Source: Octopus sinensis (taxonomy: Eukaryota). From it: a DNA stretch of 64,000 nt. Made by a program: the position numbers and the translations under genes. This document shows, in pieces, positions 35,844-48,268 of the stretch; within the stretch, counting starts at the first letter, position 1; every line of letters begins with the position of its first letter. The stretch covers positions 62,001-126,000 of the forward strand of contig NW_021837025.1 of NCBI RefSeq assembly GCF_006345805.1. Direction: 5' to 3'. Below the pieces are notes generated by a model. That model did not search any database, was not told the origin of the DNA, and saw only the letters and a list, made by a program, of their open reading frames with translations.

Positions 35844-36669
35844 ATGTTTTCTTTTCATAATCCTAAAAATATCACTATGTCTATCCGAGTCCCCAATTGC
35901 CAGTATGCGGCAGAAATAGTCGGAAAACAAGGTGCTGCGTGAATATTAACCGACAGGGTCAAAAATCAAAGTCATTTGCGAAAACACAAACACATTCATT
36001 AAGAATCCCACCAGAGGAGAAGAACCAATCTTCTGCGTGACTGGGGAGCCTCAGGATGTCGAAAAGGCCATCAAGGAAATCAAATGTGCTGCTCAACATT
36101 TTTCAAAAATCCGGTCGACAAAACTCGTGGGGGATGAACAGGTGGTGGCGTACGTGAAGGTACCTGCCCACTTGGTGGGACTGATTGTGGGGTATGGGGG
36201 AATGACGATCATGCGAATACAGCGCGAGACGGGCACATACATTGTCTCGCCCACTCGAGGGAAGGAGCCCGTTTTCGAAATCATTGGGAAGACCAGTGAT
36301 GTGACCTGTGCCTATGATAAAATCAAAACACACGTTCAGACGAGAACGGGGGTAAATGAGGGAGACATCAGAAGATGTATGTTCCTAACGATTGAGGAAA
36401 TGGAGACTATTCATAACAAGTCCATTGAGTCGGGTGACGAGGAACAGTGCAGGGATATCACCCCTAAAATCACGACTCCTCCTAGTAGGGGCTCGACTTC
36501 TTCCAGTGATCAATCTTGGGATATCACCTATGAATCATGTTTGCAGAGACCATTTTACGGAATTCTATTTTGTGGGTATTATGACCCGCTTTATATGTTC
36601 TCCTACTTGCAGTACTTGGAGACAATGTGCTATATCCACTTTTTCAATTTGCCACTTTGTTATGAATAA
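35844..36669 (+). CDS. MEX3: MEX3 KH-domain RNA-binding protein
   Basis: AEIVGKQGSKIK..TNTFIKNPTRGEEPIF and LVGLIVGYGGMTIMRIQRETGTYIVSP. One 25-nt intron within GKQG. Confidence 0.92.
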
Positions 36670-37289
36670 AGTAACGCTTGGCTGGAATAAAATTCTAATT
36701 TCTTTTAATTTCTTAAGTTATTTTCTATTTTTTAATTTACTTGGACGCCACAATCTTTTAGAGTGCTTCAAAGAGTTTTCCGGAGGTCTACAAAACAAGA
36801 GTAAAGGGAGTTATGTGGTTGATTATATGTAGATAGAGTACACACACTATAAAGTTGACGAGATGGAAGGTAAGTCTTTCTTAGACGCAGCCGGTTTGGT
36901 AATGTGGAATTTTATGAAGATAATTATTTCATTTATTTGATTTTATTAAAGTTCTAAATGTCCAGGCGCAATTTATTATTAACACCTTCACGAGGACCAT
37001 AATATTTATAGCTTCGCATGTGCAACAAACAATATTAGACAACTAATTAAGTTGCTCTATGCTTTACTGTTCTTAGTTATGTTTTTTAGAAATTTGATCA
37101 ACCTGATTTTTTAACATAAATAAATTAATCTGTGGAATTGTAATAATGGAATTATTTTTGGTAACAATTAACTTTAATAGTTAATGTTGTAATTACAGTC
37201 TATATTGCATGTATCAATAAAATGTATAACTAATTTAATTCGTCGCGAAATTTAATCCCTGAATAAATTAACGTGCACATCGCCTACAC

Positions 37290-38707
37290 CAGGCATTCTC
37301 AACCTTTTTTTGTTCATCGCCCCCTTAGATATTTTATCTCCCCCTTGTCCACATACAATTTAAAATTTTTTGTGAATTGTCCCTTAATTGGTTTTTTTGT
37401 ATATAAAACAATAAATCAAATGTAAAAATTGAATTTTTATTAAAAATTATTACTGAACCCTTGACATTTTATTAAAAATTCAAAAATAACCTCACAAATC
37501 CCATTAAAACAGCTTTACTATCTACAATGACGCTTTCATGAATTTGTAAAGAAAACTTACTTTGCTTCAGTCTTTCAATAAGAATTTCTTTTATATTATC
37601 ACCCATTTCATCAATTCTTCGACGAATCGAATCATTGCTAAGAGGTAGACTTAATATTTTTCGAAGCATCTTTATGCATTACATCCGATATTATTACTTC
37701 CTGTGATGGAATTATTATATTTTCTGCGATAGTATGAGAACTTGAAGTTTTCGCAATAATTTCAGCAATTTTATAAGAAGCGATCTGCGCACCCACAACT
37801 ATACATACAGTGCAACCCCTTATTGGGGCGACCCCGGACGTGGGGCACCCTCGGGTTTTGGGGTTTTGACGCATTATATGACGGAGTTATAAAATGTCAA
37901 TCTATTGAGGAACTAATTTTTTCAATTAATGCAATGGAAGATGGCATTTTTCAGCATGCGCCAGAGATATTAAATGAATTTTATAATTTTAAGAAGTTGA
38001 CAATGGATCGATTAATTCAAAAGTACAAATTCGGAGCGAAAATAACGGATCATTTTCCGACAAGTAAAGACTAAAATTGTTAAATGAAATTAAGAATAAA
38101 CATCTTTTGGTTTTAAATTAACAAAACGTTAGTTTTTTTCGTTAATATTAGAAAACCCCTCTATCTAGGGAAACCCCTGTTTTTGGGGCACTTAGTGCCC
38201 CAAAAAGAGGTTAGACTGTATAAATAAATGTTAAATAACCATTATGTACTGGCTTTGTAAATAACGATTTGATCGTTTTCTTATTTTCAAAATTGTATTT
38301 TAAAGTTTGAAAATATTCAATCGGCTTTGACATTTTATCCGGGTGCTTGCGTTTTAAATGATCCTGTAATCGTGATGGCTTCATCGCTTCATCTGAGAAA
38401 GAACATTGACAAATAAGACGATAAGGCTGTTTTGTATTTTCAGTACTTTGAATAAACACATATTTTAAATATTCGTTTTGATAATGACGACTTTTCTTAT
38501 TTGAGCGAGAAGATATCTTAAACACTTTCTAGATGTAAAAATATAAAATTTAAGGATAAATACTATAGAAGAAATATTAATAAATCTCAAACATTAAAAT
38601 TAACATGTATAAATACTTGTACGAATATTTTATTAAATACATTATCGCCCCCTTTAACCTAATTATCGCCCTCCTGTACAAAATTTTCGCCCCCGGTTGA
38701 GAACACC
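37290..38707 (-). mobile_element. hAT (Buster/Charlie) deletion derivative carrying the transposase N-terminal half
   Basis: Ends CAGGCATTCTCAACC and GGTTGAGAACACC. BED-type EAMKPSRLQDHLKRKHP, ASYKIA..HTIAE..II, and LSNDSIRRRIDEM. Confidence 0.9.
37808..38218 (+). mobile_element. Tc1/mariner-type MITE nested in the hAT transposase
   Basis: TA-CAGTGCAACCCC ... GAGGTTAGACTG-TA (imperfect TIRs, TA duplication). It interrupts the hAT reading frame and carries an 11-bp-stem hairpin near the right end. Confidence 0.85.
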
Positions 38708-38843
38708 AATACGTGTAAAAGTAGCAATAAACAGATAAACTCGAAGTGAAGCCTTCACTTTGTCAAATTCATGACACGAAACCACCAGATTGAGAAATTC
38801 TTACGTTGTGTAAATAAGGTAAGCATGGTTATTACTTCGATTT

Positions 38844-40185
38844 CTATTTACGTGTTTTGAAGTCCTTTTGTGTAGAACAAGTAATGCAAACAAGCTCTCT
38901 CCCTACTCTGCAGTGCACCAACAGATAACAGTGGGAAAACTTTCTCTTCAAATAATTAATTAGTCGAGGCCTACAAAATGTATCGAAAAACTTGAAATCA
39001 CAAAGTGTAAAAATATTTGAACAATTTTTTGCTATCCGCTGAAGGATCGTAGACAAATTGATGTTCAGTGACAGCAACAAATCCCTCCTCAAGCGTGGGG
39101 TACTCAAACCCGGCATAGAACTCATCAAACTCCTCTTTGGACGTCAAATCAATTCCCCCATCACTCGAAAAGTGTCTCACTGCATTCAAATGCTGAGCCA
39201 ATTCGAGAGTGACAGCCAAAACAAGACATGCGGGCTCTGCTAGTGTTATGACAGTAAATACGTTCCACAAGACTATTTATCACATCCCTCCGACCTCGCT
39301 TGGTTCCCGGACACCCATCCACCACAATTTGTATATCCGAGTCTCCAACATTCAACAGACAGTCCAGTGTAAGGACTGTTCCCGCCATTTCTGCCCCCAT
39401 TCGAGTGGCTAACCAAGTCTTGCCAGAACAGGGCGGCCCACAGACAAACACAATCCTCTACTCATTGTGGCACTAGAAGAGACCGATTGGGGTTGATATT
39501 TCCAGTCGAGAGCACCTTCCAAGTCGGGGATATGTGTCAACCATCGGTAAGGCTGAGGTGCTTCACTAAGAAAAAATTCCTCAGGAGTTTTGAAAGCTTA
39601 AAATAAGACAGAAATCCGACCACAGCCAACATTGTAGGCAAATTGTCGGTCACTGCAGGCAAAATCATCTTTTCTTCCTGCGGCATCCCCCACGAAAATA
39701 CTCCCAACTCGGTCGACGTGGTGACCTCCGTGGAATAGACGTTCGTACAGTTCCCACAGACGTATTGACGGTTTGCGGTAGAGGACTCCACTCACCGGGG
39801 AGAGAACTGTCCACGATTCCAAAAATCGCAAAAAATTTTTTGTTCTTTTCTGAAAGAGGAAAAAGTGTTTGGGAGACCGACCGGCGAGTTTTTGATTGCT
39901 GAACATGACTATTTCGTATCCTTCAAGCCGCAGCCTGGAAAGAGTGTCCGGAATACAGGGAAACAGCCATTCCCAGTCCAGAGAGTCTTTCGGATATTTT
40001 TTCATTCCTTTTGGTCGTACAAGACACCAGTCGATATCAAATGCGGCCACTTTTACGCTTTGTGGGCACTTTTTGTAGTCTGAATTTGTGTTGGTCGTGT
40101 AGATTACTACTTCTTGTTGTCCACGAGGGTTGACATGCTGGAATGTGCTCCATTCGACACTCCTCAGTGACACACGCTCGCTCAT
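38844..40185 (-). CDS. PNKP: Polynucleotide kinase 3'-phosphatase; 3' end approximate
   Basis: KVAAFDIDWCL, MFSNQ, YRKPS, FVGDAAGR..DFACSDRQFAYNVG (phosphatase); GPPCSGKT (kinase P-loop). Confidence 0.9.
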
Positions 40186-40249
40186 ATTTATTTTATTTAC
40201 ACAAATAATTAGTAAAACAAAATCCAGTAAAAAATCAGACTAAACTAAT

Positions 40250-40687
40250 CTAAAAAGAATCAGTCGAACACTCCGCGGGCTTCTCGTAGTCCGAATGGAG
40301 GAAGCAGCGATAGGAGGGACTGTTGGCAGCCATTCCTGCCTTAGTCCGAATACTGTTCAGTTTCTCCTCCACAATCGACTCAGCACGTGCTTGGGACTCG
40401 TTGAGTACTGAAAGAGAGTGATTTATGAAGCTTTCTTCGATCTGCCGTTTCCTCCACTGAGCATCGTCGTGGCTGCTGATTCGTTTGTGCTTCAGTTCTG
40501 TCGATATCCTTCGGTAGAAATTCTGCAAGTGAGATTATGTCAGTGCCTGCCGTCTTCTGTCTGCTGCTTCACATCTTTCTTCGGCTGAGAATAATGGAGA
40601 GGTATTCATGTGATCTGAAGTTAGTTTGGGTGCATTCCTTCGGGGCTTTTCATAAAAAATGTTAAGTCGTTTATTGTCCAATTCCAT
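40250..40687 (-). CDS. Stathmin-like small protein
   Basis: A 47-codon exon 1, a 24-nt GC-AG intron and exon 2. CEAADRRRQ|NF and the AESIVEEKLNSIR coiled coil resemble stathmin LEAAEERRK|SH and MAAKLERLR. Confidence 0.45.
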
Positions 40688-41036
40688 CACAACAACAAAA
40701 TAAGGATTAGCGGGATTTTATTACAAAATTCTTATATAATTATTTTTATCAAATATTTATTATTTAATTATAAACATTTTAGGCCGGAAAACAATTATTT
40801 ATTTATTTGCATGAAATATATTTGGCACAAGTTCATTTTGGACAAATAGTTATTGGTTGAAAAGTTATCAGAAACTTAAATTTAATTTGATTAATTTACT
40901 AATATTTTATTTTTAATTTATTTATAAAATTAGAACGTGCTAATTTTGTTATGGTTAGTTTGGTTGGTCAACTATTCTTTAGACTAATATTAAAAAGAAT
41001 AAACTTAATAAAAAGAAAATCTTCAGAAAAGTCAGA

Positions 41037-41219
41037 ATGGCCGAGTCGAACGGTGTCAAAAAAGGGAAATTTAAAAGCGAATTGCTGAGGACAATGGCAG
41101 AAGAGATTAATCACGATTTTAAAATTGCATCGACCAAGGGGCCTTTGGTTCCTCCGAAAAAACCAATCAAACCACGTGATGACATTTCAGACACCGTTGA
41201 GAGACTAAGTAGTCTATAA
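41037..41219 (+). CDS. Short ORF, possibly the first exon of an unidentified gene
   Basis: ATG-initiated 60-aa ORF with protein-like composition in an otherwise very AT-rich region. No recognisable motif. Confidence 0.25.
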   Translation: MAESNGVKKGKFKSELLRTMAEEINHDFKIASTKGPLVPPKKPIKPRDDISDTVERLSSL

Positions 41220-43468
41220 ATTTTATTTAAATTATGTTTGTCACCACACGTCTTTAAATTGTGATTTCTGGATTAATAATTTGTTTGTTTTATTAGCTTT
41301 TACTAAATAACAAGCATGTAATAATTTTGATATTCTTTAAATAAATAATGTATCAGTCAGTCTCCTGATTCGTTTGTGCTCAAGTTCCTCAAATAAAAAA
41401 ATTCTTCGTGTCCGAAAATTAAAGATCTCAAGTTATTAAGGCCAATTTGTATATTTCCGTGTGGTGTTTTATTATCGGCGATATTTGTTCTTTTAGAAAT
41501 GCAATTAGACTTGTCTATTCCGCGTTATTTTAGCGGATTGAGTGTTTTTAAAATGGTTTTTTTGTAATTAACTGTTTGTATAATTCCCATGTGATTCGAT
41601 ATGATTATTTCAACAATGTTTGTTCGAAATTTTAATAAATAATGTTCTTTAATCAAATGTTTACGTTTCTTATAAAAATGCTTCTTTCAATTTTTTTATC
41701 ACACACTGTTTTATTTATCTGGGGAATATTTCTTCTCATAATTAAGTCGATAATTTCATTATTCGGGAGACTAGATTGTCCAAAAACAAATTTAATTGCT
41801 ACATTATATTTTAGGGGAGATTTGTGGAAAGTTGTTTTGTGATTATAATTAGAAATTCAGTTTTAATGCAAAAGAAAGAAATACGTATCAGTGCAATATA
41901 AATATGAATTGCCGCTGATTTTTGCACACATTTAATGGAATCGAAATGCACATGCATGACAGTTGCCGAACACGCTGAATATCTACGGAGGACCGGACTC
42001 CATCCAGTACGAAACATTACATGGGCGCCTATAAAGTTACGAAGAATTGTCTGCAATGTGTGCCTCAGTGAAAGAAACCAAAATTCTCCAATTGAATCCG
42101 AAAATGTATTTTTTGACGTCTTTATAATTTTACAGGAAGATGAACAGCCGGACCAATTTGATGATTAAATTTGATTAATTTTAAAAATTTGTTTTTCCTT
42201 TAAAACTTGGACAAATTTGCGATTTATGATCCTTAATTTAGATTTGTATTAAATTGCTCAAAACTAATTTCGATACTTTTCGTTTTCGCAGTTTATAATT
42301 TAGTAAGAATCATTACCGCACATTTTGTCTTCTTTTTAAAAAATCTTCAGTATTTACTATTTTTAAAAAGAATTAAAAAATCGTCATTTTATCTGTCTAA
42401 TAAAAAAATTGCATGATAACTATTGGTTATCTTTATTACCACAAAATCCTAATTAATTAAAAAGTTTTTCTAAGACAGATTTTATTATAATTTTCGACCA
42501 TCTGTTCTAATTATAACATTTTTGTTGTTATTTTTTATTGAATGACGCCTTATTGTCATCTTTAATTATTTGCGGGGATAGTCATTAGTTTGGTGTTATT
42601 ATCTATGTAAAATAAGTTGGCCGATTTCTAGACAAAATGGCTACCCACATATTGATTATAGTTGTAATTCAAATAACCAGATAAACGCTAATAAAACTCA
42701 ATATTTGGTATAAAAATAAAGCAATCGGAGAAAATGTATTTGTCGACTTTATTTGTTTATCTTTTCTATGCTTATTTCTGTTCTTAAATACGAGATTTGG
42801 CTTTACCCATACCTGGAATATTCCCTTTTCACACGTGATGGAAAATGTCAAAAATCTGAAGATTAATTTTAAATGCTCGTAGAAAATGCATAAAATCGAC
42901 TCAGTGAATTAACATCGACAAATCGGCAACTGACTCGCATTTGAGTTTTTCGCAAGTATTTTATGTCGTAATTTATAGAAATGTGTCAGTTTTCTAAAAT
43001 TGGGAGCAAATATCAAGACTCCAAAAATGGAATTTAAACTGTCCAAACTTGGTTTGAAAGTCAAGAACAATTTGACTATCGATGGATTTTTTAAATAGTC
43101 GCAATTTTTCAATTGAATATATCTAATAGGAGACTCTGGATAAATAAACCACTAAAATTCTTTGGGGAATCAATGCATGAGTACTCAGAGGAAACCACCT
43201 ATTGTCAGTTCAGTAGTTCCCTGCTGAGATGGCAGTTCTAATGAGAGAGGAATTAAATGACTAGTTATACTGGTTAGTATTTATGTCAATTCGGACTATT
43301 AATGAGATTCCTAGTCGGAACTTGATTATTAATTAGAGACAGCCAATTATAGTCAGTATTAATCAAGTTCAGCAATACAGATCGACCGTTGCCAAGATAT
43401 GGTGCCTAATCAATGAAAGAATCAATGCAAAGCCATAAATATGTTTAAAAAAGTTAGAATATAAAAAG

Positions 43469-44380
43469 TTAGGAGCCCTCTTTGAGGAGTGGCTTGTGTT
43501 GCCTCCGAGAGGGCTGTTGGTGAAAAGAGTCCCAGCAATTCTGGCAGAAATACTGGAGACAATTCAAATGGCCACAAAAGTAGAGTGCCTGTGCAGAACA
43601 CTCATCACAGTCCTGATCATCGAGGACGTAGGGCTTGATTTCGACACGTTTGCTAATGTCCCCCAACTGGAGATGAGCAAAGCGGGAGGAAATGGCAGCA
43701 ATGTAGCTACTCTGCTGGCAAAAGGCGACTCGGGCAGCCCCCTTAGGGTACCTCAACTCACAATCCGTGTCAATCCCTGCATAGCACACATTTCCGAACT
43801 GGTCATTGAGAAGAAGGGCCAACTCGACTGACTTGAGAGGACGGGGGACTCCGCCCACAAATATAGTCAGACGAGGGTCAATCGACTTGGTGTCGTCCAA
43901 CACACAATTCGCGTCCACCAGTCGCCAGGGACGTATTTGCACTGCCTTGCTGATGCAGGACGGACTGGACACCCTCCAAAACAATTTCCCTCCACTTCGG
44001 AAACACGAGGAAGTCAACAAAAGCACAGAAGTTTCCCGCCGAAATAAGAGAAAGCAGTACCCCTTGGGCGGGAATTGGCAGGGACTTTCTGTTTTGTGAG
44101 GCCAGTCGATTTCGTGTTCTCCAAAGCGGGCAAAGGAGCAGGAGATTTCCCCCTCGTCAATGTCTGGGGGGAGTCCTCCTACAAATACTTTGCGAGAATA
44201 ATTGTCTCCGCCACTCCACATTCTGTTCTTCCTGTCACATTCTTCCACACATTTGGCGAACTGGAGAAACTTGAGGTCCCCCTCAGTGTACTCTGTGGTT
44301 TGCCAACAGTCGAGCATTCCCTCGGTGTCGTTGAGAGAACATTCTGACTCGTTTTCGGAAACAATGCTCATCATTCCCAA
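43469..44380 (-). CDS. CPEB: Cytoplasmic polyadenylation element-binding protein, CPEB2-4/Orb2 type; intronless
   Basis: YSRKVFVGGLPPDIDE, DWPHK...FPPKGY, TIFVGGVPRPL, YPKGAARVAF, CDEC...C...C..YFC..CW...H...HKP. Confidence 0.95.
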   Translation of the reverse strand: MGMMSIVSENESECSLNDTEGMLDCWQTTEYTEGDLKFLQFAKCVEECDRKNRMWSGGDNYSRKVFVGGLPPDIDEGEISCSFARFGEHEIDWPHKTESPCQFPPKGYCFLLFRRETSVLLLTSSCFRSGGKLFWRVSSPSCISKAVQIRPWRLVDANCVLDDTKSIDPRLTIFVGGVPRPLKSVELALLLNDQFGNVCYAGIDTDCELRYPKGAARVAFCQQSSYIAAISSRFAHLQLGDISKRVEIKPYVLDDQDCDECSAQALYFCGHLNCLQYFCQNCWDSFHQQPSRRQHKPLLKEGS

Positions 44381-44673
44381 TAAATAATTTTTAAATTTAT
44401 TCCTTTTTTACTCTCGCATAACTAATTACTCATAAACAAAATCAAATATATTAATAATCATTAATTAATCTAATCTTATCATATTTTAGTTATTTTTCCC
44501 CATGTCCTATTTCGGCTATATTTGTCTTGCTGTGGTGGCCATGGTAACTAATGGAGATGCCAGCTGGCCTGATCGATCTGATTAGTATAGGCTGATTAAG
44601 TCGCCTTCTATCCGGATATCCGCACAAGACTGGGTCATAATACATTCTTAATAATTCGCACTTTTGTGGGTTA

Positions 44674-45639
44674 ATGGACGACACTCATTTTGCCATTCAA
44701 CGAAGACGGGTGTTGTGGCCTCTGCTCACTCAATGTCCTCTCCCCTCCTCACACCACTCTCTCTCCAACACACAACTCCGCAAACTCACTGAAATGGTCT
44801 CCTTGGATGTGAACAGGACACACTACTTACTCCAGGACATTCCTCCCTCCTCCAGACAGGCAGTCCGGGACACTGTCCAGTCCATCATCATGCACGTCCT
44901 CACACAACACAGGGAACTGAACTACTTCCAGGGATATCACGAGGTGGTCACTATCATCTTCCTCCTCCTCAGAGATGAGAACATTGCTACACAAGTCGTC
45001 CACAATCTGACTGTCTCCTCCTTCAGACAATTCATGGACTGTGATTTTGAGGGGTCTATTCGGGCTATTAATTTGGTTGAACAACTCCTCAGTCACGTGG
45101 ATGGGGATCTCCTGGCTGCCCTCCACTCAGCCCACGTCACTTTCGATTTCGCCCTTGCCTCCCTCCTCACGTGGTTTGCCCACTCGGCCTCCCTCGACGT
45201 GCTGGCTGCCATATTCGACTACTCCATTTCCTCCAATTCTCCACACACGCCTGTCTATTTGGTGGTGGCCTCCCTCATTCAGCGGAGGGAGGAGATCATC
45301 CCTCTTTGCTCACATCCCGATTACTTTTCTTCCCTTTTCAAGACCATTTCCCGTTTTCCGACTCACTTTTGTGTGGATTCGCTTATTCTACAGGCAGACC
45401 AGCTTAGTCGAGTTTATCCTATTTGTTCTATCACTCCAACTTGTCCTGATAAGGTCGTCCATTTCTGGAAAGGCCTTCTTTTGGTGTCGCTGCTTTTGTT
45501 GTGTTCGTCGTCTCCTTTTTTATTACTTTTTATTTCAAATAAAAGTTACTTGCACATATATAAACACATTTGGAATCAACCACAATCAAATTCCACAACA
45601 CCAACAGTCGACCACAAATACGTGTGTGGACATGACTAA
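44674..45639 (+). CDS. TBC1D20: Rab-GAP TBC domain protein; start approximate
   Basis: RRVLWPLL, LDVNRT, LNYFQGYHEVV, FALASLLTWFAH, PVYLVVA. Confidence 0.85.
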   Translation: MDDTHFAIQRRRVLWPLLTQCPLPSSHHSLSNTQLRKLTEMVSLDVNRTHYLLQDIPPSSRQAVRDTVQSIIMHVLTQHRELNYFQGYHEVVTIIFLLLRDENIATQVVHNLTVSSFRQFMDCDFEGSIRAINLVEQLLSHVDGDLLAALHSAHVTFDFALASLLTWFAHSASLDVLAAIFDYSISSNSPHTPVYLVVASLIQRREEIIPLCSHPDYFSSLFKTISRFPTHFCVDSLILQADQLSRVYPICSITPTCPDKVVHFWKGLLLVSLLLLCSSSPFLLLFISNKSYLHIYKHIWNQPQSNSTTPTVDHKYVCGHD

Positions 45640-46118
45640 CACATTCCCTGATTTGTCGATGCAAAGACACAACGAACACTCAGGGAAGGATGGATTATGT
45701 GCAGTGGCCACTACAAACATGAACATTTGCCGGATTCTAATCTTAAAGTACTTTTAGGGTGAAAGACAAAACATGAATATGCTAATCACATTTCCAGACA
45801 TGAGAGTTGCAACTCACTTCATCCCAACCTTCTCATTCGACACAAACAAAAACTGTCAAACTGAGTGAATGCTCAACACTGCGAACTAGTTGACGAAACA
45901 TGACTGTCTTAAGCTTATTATAGAGTGACGAGAATGTCACATGACTCAGCACACAAAATACAAATCACGTCCAATATCGAACAGCCCCACCAATTTATCC
46001 TACAAATGCCATTCTCCATCATTAACCACCCTACAAGAAAGCAGCTGAAAACAGCCCATATAGACGTGCCACAGGACTGGTCGTCAAAAGACACGCCTGA
46101 GAAGAGAAAATAGTAAAT

Positions 46119-46602
46119 TTAAAAGCGGATAGAAAGAATAAGCTGCATCATGACTCGAATCATGGCCTTAATTTGGATGGACTTGTCGGTCAAGAGTTGT
46201 GTCCGAGCATTCAACAAGTCAATTCGCTTAGGAATGAAAATAAGGGCCTCCTCAAAACACATTTCCACAAATATTTCCCTCCCAACACTCACAAACACAT
46301 TCCCCACGTTGTGTCTTGATTAGGACACCAGAATATACACTTTCGCTCGCATGTAGACGTTGTTTCCCACCTCCATTTTGGTGTCGATTTTGGTCATTCG
46401 AGTCTCCTACAGTGGGACACTCACAGTACAGCAATGAACTCCAATGTTCTCGCCAGTTGGAGGTATTCGGATATTTCAGAGTACACAGAGTCACGCTGCT
46501 CGAGTGTCCTCCTACAATGGGACCCCTTACTCACCCTAGTTCTGGCTTTAGTCTCTCCTCGATAAATCGTTCGTATTTCCCCAAGTCCCCCACGTCACTC
46601 AT
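46119..46602 (-). CDS. UXT: Alpha-prefoldin-like protein UXT; 3' end approximate
   Basis: KYERFIEERLK, EISEYLQL, VFVSVGREIFVEMCFEEALIFI..R..LL...L...S.QIKAMI. Confidence 0.75.
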
Positions 46603-46873
46603 AATATTAACAATATTTTATATTTAAATTAAATAATAATTTTACATTAATAAATCAACCCAATATAGTCTCGGCCTTTCCTCATCTGATTCCAATTCTA
46701 AGTTCTCTCAGTCTCCCCGAACATCAACTGTCCTTTCTTTCTCTGACTCACCCGACTGTCAATTGTCCCAGCAATTCTAGTCGTATAGAAATAAATCATA
46801 TTTTACTTTTATTATTTTTAATTTATTATTATAGTGAGTTGGAATAAATAATTTGAATAAATGTAAAATCAAA

Positions 46874-48242
46874 ATGAGAGCGTCAGTGACTTGTCCCGGG
46901 TTCGCAGGATCAATGGTCGACAGCTGCCCCTCCGCACCCTCAACCAGGAACATCCCCTCCAATTCCTACATCTATGAAAAATACCGCCAAATGAAAAGGC
47001 AAGAAAGTAATGAAGACAGGAAAATGGTAATAACTTGTGCCAATCAATTGTTAATTACTGCGCTGTCCAAACGTGTTTTCACAATTCGCTAAGCAACATT
47101 ATTGACAGGCCTTCGTGTCGCCTCCAGTCAAAGAAGGGAGACTGACCGGGCCGCGTCTACTCCGAGTGTTCCAAGTCGTGGTGTTGTTGTTGTCTCCACT
47201 GACTCCCATATTCATGCTCCTCATTCCCCGCTTCTGTCGAGTGCCCTCCGAATTCCTGGTCTGCCAAGGGGACTGTCTCGTCTCCCTCTTCTCCTGCGTC
47301 TTCAGAATTATTCTGATGCTGCCCCTCTGCTGTGTCCACTATTCCACACTCGGGGGCTGCTCCACCAACACCGTCAAATATTGTCTGAGTCTGCACGTGA
47401 CCATCCTCTTCACTGGCTGGGTGTTCTACGTGGTGTACGTCCTCGATAGCACTCTCACCTACCAGAGTGTCTCCAACTTTGTCCTGTACTCTCCTTGTAG
47501 TATTCCCAGATGCTTCACCGACCTGCTCAACCTGGCCCTCGTGGTGTCGGCCATTGTCCTGTGGAGGGGGAGACTGGCCGGGCACTCAATGGCCGTCAGT
47601 GTGGTCGAATCCCCCACCGCACTCCACTACAGTCTCCGTGTGTCTGCTGGGGGAGTCGAGCAAGTGGCCGCCGCGGTGGTGGAATATTTCTACTCCTCCC
47701 AACATGCCCAGGACGGGCCAGCAGGGGCAATCTCTGCGGACTCCCACTGCAAGTCGGAGGTGTGTCGGTCGAGGAGGTATCACGAGGAGGGACGAAAGGC
47801 GGCCAAATTGGACAAGTGCAAGTGGAGATTGGTCGAGGACTGCGAAAATATGTTCGATACTGACCAAATCAAAAGTTGTGGCCATCACCTACGTAGACGT
47901 CGACACCATCTTTGGGGGAATTTCAAGAAGCCTGGAAAAATACTTTCACTCGTCTGGGCAGTACTTTCGTCACAGCGTCAAGTCGGTCAAGGAAAACATT
48001 GCCCGTTATAAACAACACGGAATGAGCGGGAAAGCCTTTTGGGCACTCTACTGCGGGGAGGTAGGCAGAATATGAAAATGTAGAACTTGCGGGTTGGAGG
48101 GGGTGTTTGGTGGCTGGAGAAGGAGAGTGTGTTGGGACGGGAGGACATGAACTTTTATTTGAAGAACGGGACAGTCACTCTCCACTGCCTCGCATATAAA
48201 TTGCCCAAAGCAGAAATAAGACAACGAGCAATTGACATTTGA
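46874..48242 (+). CDS. VANGL: Van Gogh-like / Strabismus planar-cell-polarity protein
   Basis: Four hydrophobic segments. LTPIFMLL, WVFYVVYVLDS..TYQSVSNF, RYHEEG..L.K..WRLVEDCENMF and IF..ISRSLEKY align with Vangl motifs. Confidence 0.8.
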
Positions 48243-48268
48243 TTCGAATAAATCCGTTTTGTAGTACA

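Noticed and set aside
41640-43120. Short ORFs in the long AT-rich spacer
   Set aside because: Low-complexity Phe/Ile/Lys-rich translations are expected by chance in AT-rich DNA.
47115-48011. DHHC palmitoyltransferase
   Set aside because: It is Cys-rich and hydrophobic but has no DHHC motif. Ordered motif matches to Vangl are much better.
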